DNA of 61,860 nt, from NCBI GenBank assembly GCA_019420325.1, contig JAHZHK010000001.1, forward strand, positions 1-61,860, in the 5' to 3' direction. Positions 49,414-57,719 of the stretch are shown here, in pieces. The notes under the pieces are model-generated. The model made no database searches and was not told the DNA's origin. It saw only the letters and a list, made by a program, of their open reading frames with translations. The first letter of the stretch is position 1. Each line of letters begins with the position of its first letter. This DNA is from Coriobacteriaceae bacterium (GTDB lineage Bacteria > Actinomycetota > Coriobacteriia > Coriobacteriales > UMGS124). Both the position numbers and the translations under genes were made by a program.

Positions 49414-50600
49414 GCGCTAAGCCAAGCCGCAGCTCGCGCCGTCCTGCTAAGAAGGGTTGCCGCACGGGGGAGGTCCGTGCGGGCCGCATGGATGACGCCG
49501 CCTGCCCTGAGGGGCCCGATGAGGGCGGGATGCTCGACTTCGAGCCTTCCTTTGGGGACTTCACGGTCGAGGAGCGCGTAGAGAAGCAGTTCAGGGTGTT
49601 CGTTGAAGAGCGCGAGCAAGCGGGCGAGGAGCTTGCCGGGCCGCGTCTGGGCCGTGTCATCCGCCTTGACAGGGGCTACCCCCTTGTGGAGACGGCCGAG
49701 GGGCCCTGCCGTGCCGAGCATGCGATATCGCTCGTAAAGGATCGTTTTCGCGACTTTCGCGCTGCTGTGGGTGACTGGGTTGTGCTCGACACGCCGGAGG
49801 GGCACGACAAGGCGGTCATCGAGACGGTTCTTGCCCGCGCTACCGAGCTCTCCCGCTGGGATGGCGGCACCTGGGGCGCCCGTCAGGTGCTTGCCGCAAA
49901 CGTCGATACCATGCTCGTGGCTCAGCCGCTTTCCAAGCGCGACCTGGTGTGCGACCGCCTCGTGCGTTCGGTGGTGCTTGCGCGTCAGGGAGGCATTGCA
50001 CCGTGCGTGCTGCTGACAAAGGCCGACCGCTGCGGCGGGGAGGAGCGCCTCGGTGCCATCATGGCGCAGGTGCGCGCCGCCGTGGGACAGGGCGTGCCCG
50101 TTGTGGCGCTCAGCGTGCCGGAAGGGCGCGGCGTCGAAGAGGTGCGCCGGCTCATCGAGCCCGGACATTGCGCCATCTTGCTCGGTGAGAGCGGTGCCGG
50201 CAAGTCGACGCTCGTCAACGCCCTGGTAGGAGCCGAGGTTCTTGGTGTGGGCGAGGTACGTGGCCGCGACGACCAGGGCAGGCATACCACTGTGGCCCGC
50301 CGTATGGTGAAGGTGCCCGACGCCGGTGTGCTTGTGGACGCCCCGGGCTTGCGGTCGCTTCCGCTGCTCGACGAGGAGGTCGGTCTTGCGCGTACGTTCC
50401 CCGAGATCGACGAGCTGGTGGGAGGCTGCCGTTTCCGTGACTGCACGCACGGCAGCGAGCCTGGGTGCGCCGTGCAGGAAGGTGTGCGAGAGGGCGCGGT
50501 GGACCCCGAAAGGCTCGAGGAGTACCGCATGCTCGTCTCCGAGATGCTCAACAACCGCCGCGGCCTTGACCCGGCTGCCAAGGCGTCGCTCACCAAGTAG
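49410..50600 (+). CDS. rsgA: Ribosome small-subunit-dependent GTPase A
   Basis: Circularly permuted GTPase order LLTKAD (G4) ... GESGAGKSTLVNAL (G1) ... GRHTT ... DAPG, and zinc motif CRFRDCTHGSEPGC. Long N-terminal extension. Confidence 0.85.
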   Translation: MSAKPSRSSRRPAKKGCRTGEVRAGRMDDAACPEGPDEGGMLDFEPSFGDFTVEERVEKQFRVFVEEREQAGEELAGPRLGRVIRLDRGYPLVETAEGPCRAEHAISLVKDRFRDFRAAVGDWVVLDTPEGHDKAVIETVLARATELSRWDGGTWGARQVLAANVDTMLVAQPLSKRDLVCDRLVRSVVLARQGGIAPCVLLTKADRCGGEERLGAIMAQVRAAVGQGVPVVALSVPEGRGVEEVRRLIEPGHCAILLGESGAGKSTLVNALVGAEVLGVGEVRGRDDQGRHTTVARRMVKVPDAGVLVDAPGLRSLPLLDEEVGLARTFPEIDELVGGCRFRDCTHGSEPGCAVQEGVREGAVDPERLEEYRMLVSEMLNNRRGLDPAAKASLTK

Positions 50601-50836
50601 AGAAGGACGCATGGAGCGGTCTGGCGATATATGAGTGAGTTATTTATCACACTGGTGTGACAAATAGGCTTAATAACGCCATGTAGCAGGCACGTTATGT
50701 CTGTGTGACATACAGGTGCAAATCCATAGACCTCACATGCGGCTTTGGCCACGGGTCTTTCATACTGTGAGGCACCCCCTCAATCCACGTCAATCGACCC
50801 CGGTTTCGCGTCGGGGCCTAGGGGAGAGGGGTGCCT

Positions 50837-51682
50837 ATGTCTGCCAAAGTGCGCACGATTGCAGCCGTTGTTCTCGCCGTTTTGGCGGCGGTGTGCATGC
50901 TCGCGTACGCGGCGGGCGTGCGTGGCCAGGCGTCGGGCGAGCGTGAGAAGGCACTTGAGCGCTATGGAGGGGAGACCGCCCTGGTCTGCGTCGCATCGCG
51001 ACCCATTGCCGCAGGTGAGACGTTCAGCGAGCGCAACGTGGAGGTCCTTGAGTGGCTTGTCGACCTTCTGCCCGAGGGGGCTTTGGCAGATCCCGACGAA
51101 GTCATCGGTAAGACCGCCGCATGCGCTATCGCGCAGAACACGCCTTTGTCCCGTGTGCTTGTGGAATCGGCAACGGAGCCGATCAACGTGCCAGAGGGCC
51201 TCGTGGCGCTCTCGGTGCCCTGCACGGCTGACGCGGCGGTGGGAGGCACGCTTGCGGCGGGGTCGATCGTCGACGTCTATGTGGTGGGTGACGGTTCGGC
51301 TCGCCCTGTGGCGCAGGAGGTGCAGGTCCTCAAGACAAACGTTGCTTCGGGCCTGGGCAGCCTGGCGTGGGCTGTGCTGGCCGTTGCGCCCGATCAGGTT
51401 GAGTCGCTCGTTGCGGCATGCGCGGTACAGAAGGTCTACCTCACGCTTCCTTCCGAAGAAGAGTTGACGCAGCGCGGTGAGGGACGGGTGAGCCGAGCGG
51501 AGCAGGCCGTGGCCGACGGGCTCGTGCAAGCCTATGGCACCCCTGAGGATGCCGTGCAGACGGCGTCTGCGAGCGACGCGGTACCTGCGAGTTCGGCTGC
51601 GGCCGACGATGGAGTGCAAGCGGGTGCGGGGATGGCCGGCGATGCGGCGGATGCGCCTGTGGCCACGGTCGAGGGGGAGTGA
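50837..51682 (+). CDS. cpaB: Flp pilus assembly protein CpaB/RcpC-like
   Basis: N-terminal TM (IAAVVLAVLAAVCMLAY), SAF-like segment (VCVASRPIAAGETFSERNVEV..W), later GSIVDVYV. First gene of the tad locus. Start is 50831 (GTG) or 50837 (ATG). Confidence 0.7.
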   Translation: MSAKVRTIAAVVLAVLAAVCMLAYAAGVRGQASGEREKALERYGGETALVCVASRPIAAGETFSERNVEVLEWLVDLLPEGALADPDEVIGKTAACAIAQNTPLSRVLVESATEPINVPEGLVALSVPCTADAAVGGTLAAGSIVDVYVVGDGSARPVAQEVQVLKTNVASGLGSLAWAVLAVAPDQVESLVAACAVQKVYLTLPSEEELTQRGEGRVSRAEQAVADGLVQAYGTPEDAVQTASASDAVPASSAAADDGVQAGAGMAGDAADAPVATVEGE

Positions 51683-51686
51683 CCCC

Positions 51687-53171
51687 ATGGCAGGGCAGGC
51701 GTGCGCGCGCTGGCTCGTGTGTTCGGGCGCGCTTGAGTTTGCGGGGCTTGCATCGGCGCTTGTGCTTGGGGCATGCGCAACATCTATCCAGTGGGCGCCG
51801 ACATCCCATGATATACGCGATATCCTGCAGTTTTCCTCACACGACCAGAATCTGGGCGTGCTTGTGGCCGCTGGCATGGTAGGGGAGGATCCCTGCGAGG
51901 CGGCATGCGCCTTGGCTGGGCTGCATGAGGGTCGCACGGTGCTGTGTGTCGGCGGGGCAGCAGGGTATGCACAAGCGTGTGCTGCGCGTGGGGTGACTGC
52001 GACGGTTGAGCCGCAAGGGCTCGTGCGGCTGCTTGTTGCCCTGCATGCCGAGGACTTGCGTGCTTGTGCGGAGCAGCGCGGGACCGATCAGGTTGCGACG
52101 TCCGAGCCTCAGGCGAGGGCGCAGAACACCCTGGATCACGCTGCCCCGCGACAGGTGCGCAGCCAGGGCGGCGTGCCGTCGCATGATTGCGAGGGGCGGC
52201 TCCATACGCCAAGCGACACCGACATTATCAACGCCATCAGGGAACCCATCGTGCTTGCCCCGGTCGTGCATCTCTCACAGGACATCGAGTGTCTCGTTGC
52301 GGGTATGGACGACCCTGTGCCTACGGTGTGTGTCGCTTCGGCGCGCGGCGGCGTCGGCAAGAGCGCGATTGCCGTGATGGCGGCCCTTGCGCTTGCGCAC
52401 AGAGGCCTCAATGTCTCGCTCATCGACCTTGATTTTCAATTCGGCACCTGCCTGGGGTATCTCGGCAGCGGCGAGACCGACGGCCTCATCGATTCAGGAT
52501 GCACAGATAAGACCGTGTCGGTCGACGCCCGCACGCTTGCCCGGTGTCGCTGTACGCCGTGTCGGGGTCTTGCGGCATATGAGTTCTGCCGCATGCCCGA
52601 ACAGGCGGAGCTTCTGTTCGGGGTCTCAGCGCAGCTGGTGCGGGCGGCGCGGACGGGCAGCGACGTGGCTGTGGTGGATTTGCCCGCGGGTGTCAACGAG
52701 ACGGTGGCTCAGGCGATCGAGCTTTCAGACCGATGCCTGTTCGTGGCGGATCAAGGGGCTCTGTCGCTGGAGTCGGTCAGTGCCCAGCAGGCGCTCTGCG
52801 CCCGTTTGGGGATTCCGCGCACCAAGCTCATCACTGTGATGAACCGTTGTGACCCACGCCACCGTGACGAGGGGTTTCTCCAACGGGCAACCTTTGAGAC
52901 GCAGGCCCCGCAGGTGGTGCGCGTGCTCGACGGCGGTGCCGATGTGACGCAGATGCTCTCCATCGGCCATGCTGCCGACCTCATCAGGATACAGAACAAG
53001 TTTGCTCTGTCGGTGGACGCGCTCATGGCACAGGTCTGCTCCGGCCTTGGGATTCAAGGTTTCGAGGGAGCCCAAGAGGGGTGGGCCCCACCTGAGACGG
53101 GTGCGGTGCCGGGCAAGGCGCGCAGGCGCAAGGGTAAGGTCGCCGAACAGGAGGCGCCATGTCCGTTCTAG
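51687..53171 (+). CDS. tadZ: TadZ/CpaE-like ParA/MinD-family ATPase
   Basis: VCVASARGGVGKSAIAVMAALALAHRGLNVSLIDLDFQFG (deviant Walker A). ATG at 51687, just after the cpaB stop. Confidence 0.7.
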   Translation: MAGQACARWLVCSGALEFAGLASALVLGACATSIQWAPTSHDIRDILQFSSHDQNLGVLVAAGMVGEDPCEAACALAGLHEGRTVLCVGGAAGYAQACAARGVTATVEPQGLVRLLVALHAEDLRACAEQRGTDQVATSEPQARAQNTLDHAAPRQVRSQGGVPSHDCEGRLHTPSDTDIINAIREPIVLAPVVHLSQDIECLVAGMDDPVPTVCVASARGGVGKSAIAVMAALALAHRGLNVSLIDLDFQFGTCLGYLGSGETDGLIDSGCTDKTVSVDARTLARCRCTPCRGLAAYEFCRMPEQAELLFGVSAQLVRAARTGSDVAVVDLPAGVNETVAQAIELSDRCLFVADQGALSLESVSAQQALCARLGIPRTKLITVMNRCDPRHRDEGFLQRATFETQAPQVVRVLDGGADVTQMLSIGHAADLIRIQNKFALSVDALMAQVCSGLGIQGFEGAQEGWAPPETGAVPGKARRRKGKVAEQEAPCPF

Positions 53172-54466
53172 AACGCGTGAGACAAAACGAAGGTGTGGCC
53201 GGCCCCACGTCTCAACACATGCGTCGACTTCGCGCCCAGCTCAAAGAGGGCCTTGTCGATCACTTGGGCTATCGCGAGCTTGCTCGCATAGCGGAGGGTC
53301 CCGACGTTCAAAAGGCACGTGCCGAGCTCGCCATTGCGCTTACGGCCGTTATGAACGAAGGCGGCTTTGAGTCGCTGGGGGCTTCGGAGCGCGACGTTCT
53401 TGCGCGAGAGACCTGCGACGACATTGTCGGCCTGGGTCCGCTTGAGGCATATATGGGCGACGAGACCGTGAGCGAGGTTATCGTGAACGGGACGGAGTCG
53501 CTGTACTTTGAGCGCGCGGGCACCCTGCACAGGGCGCAGCGTGTCTTCGACACCGATGAGCAGATTCGCGCCGCCATCGATCGTATCATCGCCCCCTTAG
53601 GTCGCAGACTTGACGAGCAGAGTCCCATCGTGAACGCGCGCCTCAAAAACGGATATCGCGTCAATGCCGTGATTCCCCCCGTGGCGGTGGACGGCCCCTT
53701 GCTTACCATCCGCAAGTTCATGAGCGGCATCACCACATTGGACGAAATGGTGGGCCTGAAGTCGCTTCCTGCCTGGTATGCGGGCCTTTTGGGAGCGGCG
53801 GTGCGCACTCGGCAGGACATCGCTGTGGTGGGGGGAACCGGATCGGGCAAGACGACGTTGCTCAACGCTCTGTCGCGCCAAATCGATCCGGGCGAGCGCA
53901 TCGTGACCATCGAGGACTCTGCTGAGCTCAAGTTTGCTTCCGAGGCGCACGTCGCCCGCCTTGAGGCCCGTGACGCCTCCATCGAGGGCACAGGTGAGGT
54001 CACCATTCGCATGCTCGTCATCAATGCGTTGCGTATGCGGCCCGATCGCATCGTGGTGGGAGAGGTACGCGGCGGTGAGGCGGTTGACATGCTGCAGGCC
54101 ATGAACACAGGGCACGACGGATCGCTCACCACGTTGCATGCAGGTTCGGCGCGCGAGGCGGTCCTGCGCCTGGTCATGATGGCGCGCTTCGGCATCGATC
54201 TGCCCGCCGACATCTTGGAAGGCCAGGTGGCGACGGCGCTCGACCTCATTGTTATGACTCACCGCCTGCCGGGCGGTGAGCGCAGGGTCGGGGGTCTCAC
54301 GTGCGTAAATCTCTCTGACGATGGGCGGGTTGGCCTGCGCGAATGCGTGCGTTACGATGACGTGTCCGATACCTGGGAGATGGTGGAGGAGCCGCCATTC
54401 GTGTCCGAAGGCGTGCGCACGGGCGTGATATCGAGACGGGAGGCCGACGCATGGCTGCCGTCTTAG
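53159..54466 (+). CDS. tadA: Tad secretion ATPase CpaF/TadA
   Basis: VSEVIVNG, VVGGTGSGKTTLLNAL, TIEDSAEL, RMRPDRIVVGEVRGGEA, MNTGHDGSLTTLHA. Confidence 0.9.
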   Translation: MSVLERVRQNEGVAGPTSQHMRRLRAQLKEGLVDHLGYRELARIAEGPDVQKARAELAIALTAVMNEGGFESLGASERDVLARETCDDIVGLGPLEAYMGDETVSEVIVNGTESLYFERAGTLHRAQRVFDTDEQIRAAIDRIIAPLGRRLDEQSPIVNARLKNGYRVNAVIPPVAVDGPLLTIRKFMSGITTLDEMVGLKSLPAWYAGLLGAAVRTRQDIAVVGGTGSGKTTLLNALSRQIDPGERIVTIEDSAELKFASEAHVARLEARDASIEGTGEVTIRMLVINALRMRPDRIVVGEVRGGEAVDMLQAMNTGHDGSLTTLHAGSAREAVLRLVMMARFGIDLPADILEGQVATALDLIVMTHRLPGGERRVGGLTCVNLSDDGRVGLRECVRYDDVSDTWEMVEEPPFVSEGVRTGVISRREADAWLPS

Positions 54467-55398
54467 CGGCGTGTTCCGCTGTGTGCGCCGCATTTGCGAC
54501 GGGTCTGCTTGTGGACGCGGTAGGCCGCCTGCGCCCTGGGAGGGTCTCGGTCAAGCGTGACCTGCGGGTGGCCCAGCGACTTCTTGCTGTGGCCGAGCTG
54601 CTGGGTCATGGAAGGGCGGGCCGTGCCGTTTTTGGGTTGCCGGGTGCCGCGACCCTGGCCGAAAAACTGCGAGGGCTGCTTGCGGCGCATGGCATTGCAG
54701 CCACGCCACAGGGGACACTTGCGGTGCTGTGCATGGCCTCTCTTGCTGCTTGCCTGACGGGTGTGCTCGTGAGCACCTCGCTTCTGGGCGGGGCAGTGGG
54801 CCTGGCGGCGATTGGCGCACTTGTGAGTGCCGCGCTGGGGTCGCAGACGCGCAAGGATCGAAACGAGCTTGCCGCCCAGATGCCTGATGCTTTGAGGTCG
54901 CTTTCAGGGGCACTTGGAGCGGGCAAGTCGCTTTCCCAGGCGATAGAGCACGTGGGTCGCACCCTAGGCGAGCCCATGGGGCCGCAGTTCCTTCAGGCGT
55001 CGTTTGAGATTGCCTCCGGTCGTAGCGTCGAAGAGGCGGTCGAGGGGTTGTGCCAGCGCATCGATGCACCGGGCATCGCGCTGCTCGGCACGGCCCTGCA
55101 GATATCCCAGCGCACGGGCTCTTCGCTCAACGACCTCTTCGCCCAAACGGCCCAGATGGCCTCGGACAGCGTGGCGCTGCGCCGCGAGCTCGAGGTCAAG
55201 ACCTCTCAGGTGCGCCTGTCGGCGAAGGTCGTCGCAGCCATGCCCGTCGTGCTCTGCGGGGCCCTCACGTTGCTGTCGAGTGACTATCGGGCGGGACTGA
55301 GTCTGCAGGCAGGAAAGACATGCCTGGTAGTGGCTGCGCTTCTCGATTTGTCTGCGTTGCTTTTGGTGAGGCGCGTCATGTCGAGGAGTCTCAAGTGA
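54451..55398 (+). CDS. tadB: TadB (type II secretion system F family) membrane protein
   Basis: MPDALRSLSGALGAGKSLSQAIE...L..T.QIS...G..L.. pattern and TM topology. Overlaps tadA by 16 nt. Confidence 0.75.
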   Translation: MAAVLAACSAVCAAFATGLLVDAVGRLRPGRVSVKRDLRVAQRLLAVAELLGHGRAGRAVFGLPGAATLAEKLRGLLAAHGIAATPQGTLAVLCMASLAACLTGVLVSTSLLGGAVGLAAIGALVSAALGSQTRKDRNELAAQMPDALRSLSGALGAGKSLSQAIEHVGRTLGEPMGPQFLQASFEIASGRSVEEAVEGLCQRIDAPGIALLGTALQISQRTGSSLNDLFAQTAQMASDSVALRRELEVKTSQVRLSAKVVAAMPVVLCGALTLLSSDYRAGLSLQAGKTCLVVAALLDLSALLLVRRVMSRSLK

Positions 55399-56117
55399 GC
55401 GCGCTCATGTGGCTGGGCGCGGCGCTTGCCTGTTTGTCGGCGGCCCTTGCGGTGTGGACGGTGACCTCGTCTGCGGGTCTTTCGCTGGTGCGCGGCCTGT
55501 TCGGACGGCTTCGCGTGCGTATAGAGGGCCTTGGGCGTGGCGGGGTTGCGTCCAAAGGGCCTCCAGGGGTGACAGGCCCGCTGGGAAAACTCCTCTCTGG
55601 CTTGGGCAAGGCAATCCGCTTTGACATGAGACGGGGAGGGGAGGCGCGTGCAAGGGCGGGCGACAGAAGCCGCTGTCTCGATGAGCTGCCCGAACTTATC
55701 GACGTCGTAGCCTTGGGCATGTCGGCCGGCATTTCGTTCGACGCCGCCTTGGGCATCTATTGCGACAAGTACGACACGATGTTGGCAGACGAGCTGTCTG
55801 ATGCGATGCGGTCATGGGAGCTGAGCCTCACGACGCGCTCTGAGGCGCTTCGCGTATTGGCGAGTCGCCTGGACGTCCCTGCCTTCACAACCTTTGTGGA
55901 CACGGCGACCGAGTCGCTGGCATTCGGCGCGCCTCTCACGAAGGCTTTGGGAGAACAAGCCCAGGCAGTGCGCCGTGCCCGGCGCGCCGATGTGCAGGAA
56001 CGCATCGAGAAGGCGCCCATCAAGATGCTCGTCCCCACGGGGACGCTCATCCTCCCGGCGATGCTGCTGGCGGTTTTGGGGCCGCTTCTCGCATCGCTTT
56101 CCGAGCTTACGGGATGA
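55395..56117 (+). CDS. tadC: TadC (type II secretion system F family) membrane protein
   Basis: LPELIDVVALGMSAGISFDAAL..., ERIEKAPIKMLVPTGTLILPAMLL. GTG at 55395 overlaps the tadB stop (GTGA), GAGGAG RBS. Confidence 0.7.
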   Translation: MSALMWLGAALACLSAALAVWTVTSSAGLSLVRGLFGRLRVRIEGLGRGGVASKGPPGVTGPLGKLLSGLGKAIRFDMRRGGEARARAGDRSRCLDELPELIDVVALGMSAGISFDAALGIYCDKYDTMLADELSDAMRSWELSLTTRSEALRVLASRLDVPAFTTFVDTATESLAFGAPLTKALGEQAQAVRRARRADVQERIEKAPIKMLVPTGTLILPAMLLAVLGPLLASLSELTG

Positions 56118-56173
56118 GGCCTCGGTATTGATAAACCAAGCGGCGCTGTGTGCGCCGGAAAGGAGCGTGCGTC

Positions 56174-56452
56174 ATGTTGAAGAAGAATGAGCGGATGGGT
56201 GCGATGTGCCAGGCTCCGACGCAGGGCGGGGCGGCCGTTTTGGCACGGGTGCACGTCACAGCCCTGCGGGCTGGGGCTGCTGCGCGGCGGGGTATGCGCA
56301 CGTTGCGCGATGAGGAGCGTGGTCAGGGAACCACGGAGTACGCCATCCTCGTGGGAGTGCTTGTCGTTATCGCGATTGTGGCCATCGTCGCGTTCAGGGG
56401 TCGTATCCAGAGCCTGTGGGACTCCATCGCAAGCGCCATCAACGGCTTGTAA
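56174..56452 (+). CDS. flp: Flp-family pilin precursor (unusually long leader if 56174 is the start)
   Basis: Processing/hydrophobic motif ERG-QGTTEYAILVGVLVVIAIVAIVAF. A strong GGAAAGGAG RBS precedes the ATG at 56174. An alternative ATG at 56294 would give a typical 52-aa prepilin. Confidence 0.75.
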   Translation: MLKKNERMGAMCQAPTQGGAAVLARVHVTALRAGAAARRGMRTLRDEERGQGTTEYAILVGVLVVIAIVAIVAFRGRIQSLWDSIASAINGL

Positions 56453-57051
56453 TGCCCGTGTTTGCCCATCGGGAGCAGGGAAAAGGACCTTCTTCGGGTG
56501 GGGGCCAGTTGCATAAGGCGGCTGTAGTCGGCGTCGTTCTTGTCGTCGGTGCGGTGATTCTTGCTGCTGTCGGCGTGCTCTTTCCTCGACCCGTCGGTGA
56601 TTCGACGGCGCTCCCCGCTCAGGGTATCGAGGGACAGGCAGTGGGGCAGGTGGATGAGTGGCCGATTGCTGTGATTCCTGCAGGGCCCCTCCCCACGGTG
56701 TTCTCTTTTTGCGCTGACGTCGAGGTCGGACCTGCTTCCTATGCCAGGAGCCCCCTGGGCGTACGGGCGAGCTGGGAGGTGGCGCTCGGGTTGCCCGATG
56801 TGGCTTCCCAAGTGCTCCAGACATATGAGGGGCAAAGCAACGTCGATCTCCACTACGGTGGCTACCTGGACTTTCTTGGAAACGTTTGGGCTTGTGCCGC
56901 GTCTTGCCCGTCATGGGTCGAAGTTGTCGTCGTGCAGGACCAAGGCGGGGAGGAGGCCTATGTTGGGTCGCATTCGCAAAATGGGCCGTGCCTTGTCAGT
57001 GTCATGCGGCTGGGTCAGGAAGCGATTGAAGACGCCGAGGGCCAGGCTTGA
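56452..57051 (+). CDS. Hypothetical membrane-anchored protein within the tad locus
   Basis: TAATG overlap with the flp stop. TM segment AAVVGVVLVVGAVILAAVGVLF, no known motif. Its 3' end overlaps the next pilin-like ORF, so one of the two models may be wrong. Confidence 0.4.
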   Translation: MPVFAHREQGKGPSSGGGQLHKAAVVGVVLVVGAVILAAVGVLFPRPVGDSTALPAQGIEGQAVGQVDEWPIAVIPAGPLPTVFSFCADVEVGPASYARSPLGVRASWEVALGLPDVASQVLQTYEGQSNVDLHYGGYLDFLGNVWACAASCPSWVEVVVVQDQGGEEAYVGSHSQNGPCLVSVMRLGQEAIEDAEGQA

Positions 57052-57256
57052 AAGGAGGGCGCGCGATGAGACGGGCCAGTCGACGGTGGAGTATCTGGCG
57101 GTCCTTGTCGGCATCGCCGCCGTGGTCGTGGGGCTTGCGAGCCTTCTTGCGGCTGCCAAGCGGGGCGTGTTCGGCAGGCTTGCTTCGCAGGCTCTCTCCC
57201 ATGTCACGGGCGGCTCCGACCCCATCGCCGCACTCAGCGAGATCTTTCTGTTCTGA
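56960..57256 (+). CDS. Second Flp-like pilin precursor (start uncertain)
   Basis: DETG-QSTVEYLAVLVGIAAVVVGLASLL motif. Candidate starts are the ATG at 56960 (GGAGGAGG RBS) or the TTG at 57026. Read from track ORF 56741..57256. Confidence 0.5.
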   Translation: MLGRIRKMGRALSVSCGWVRKRLKTPRARLERRARDETGQSTVEYLAVLVGIAAVVVGLASLLAAAKRGVFGRLASQALSHVTGGSDPIAALSEIFLF

Positions 57257-57719
57257 GGACTCGGGTCAGGCCAGCGTGGAGGCGGCTCTTCTCCTTCCCG
57301 TGCTCATGGTATGCCTGGCGCTTCTCGTGCAGCCGATGTGCCTTCTATACACGCGATGTGTCATGCAGTCGGCCGCCGCTGAGGGGTGCCGTCTTCTTGC
57401 CACGGCGACGGGCGACACCGATGACGCTGCCTGCGAGCAGTATGTCCGCCGGCGTTTGTCGGCTGTGCCGCAGACGGACGTCTTTCTTGCAGGAGATTGG
57501 CAGGTGGAGCTTCAAGGCAACGCTGAGAGCGACGAGGTGGGCGTGCAGATTGTGGGACATGCCCGGCCCCTGCCGCTCGTAGGGGTCGCGGCTGCCCTGT
57601 TGGGGCCTGTCGACCAAGCGGGAAACGTCGAGCTCAAAGTCAGTGTCACTCGTTGTGCTCGACCCGGCTGGGTGGAAGGGGGATACAGTGATTGGACGTC
57701 GATATGGGGTAGCGCATAG
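57201..57719 (+). CDS. TadE-like pseudopilin
   Basis: EDSG-QASVEAALLLPVLMVCLALLV is the TadE/TadF N-terminal motif. First in-frame ATG at 57201. The N-terminal part of track ORF 57048..57719 was rejected. Confidence 0.6.
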   Translation: MSRAAPTPSPHSARSFCSEDSGQASVEAALLLPVLMVCLALLVQPMCLLYTRCVMQSAAAEGCRLLATATGDTDDAACEQYVRRRLSAVPQTDVFLAGDWQVELQGNAESDEVGVQIVGHARPLPLVGVAAALLGPVDQAGNVELKVSVTRCARPGWVEGGYSDWTSIWGSA

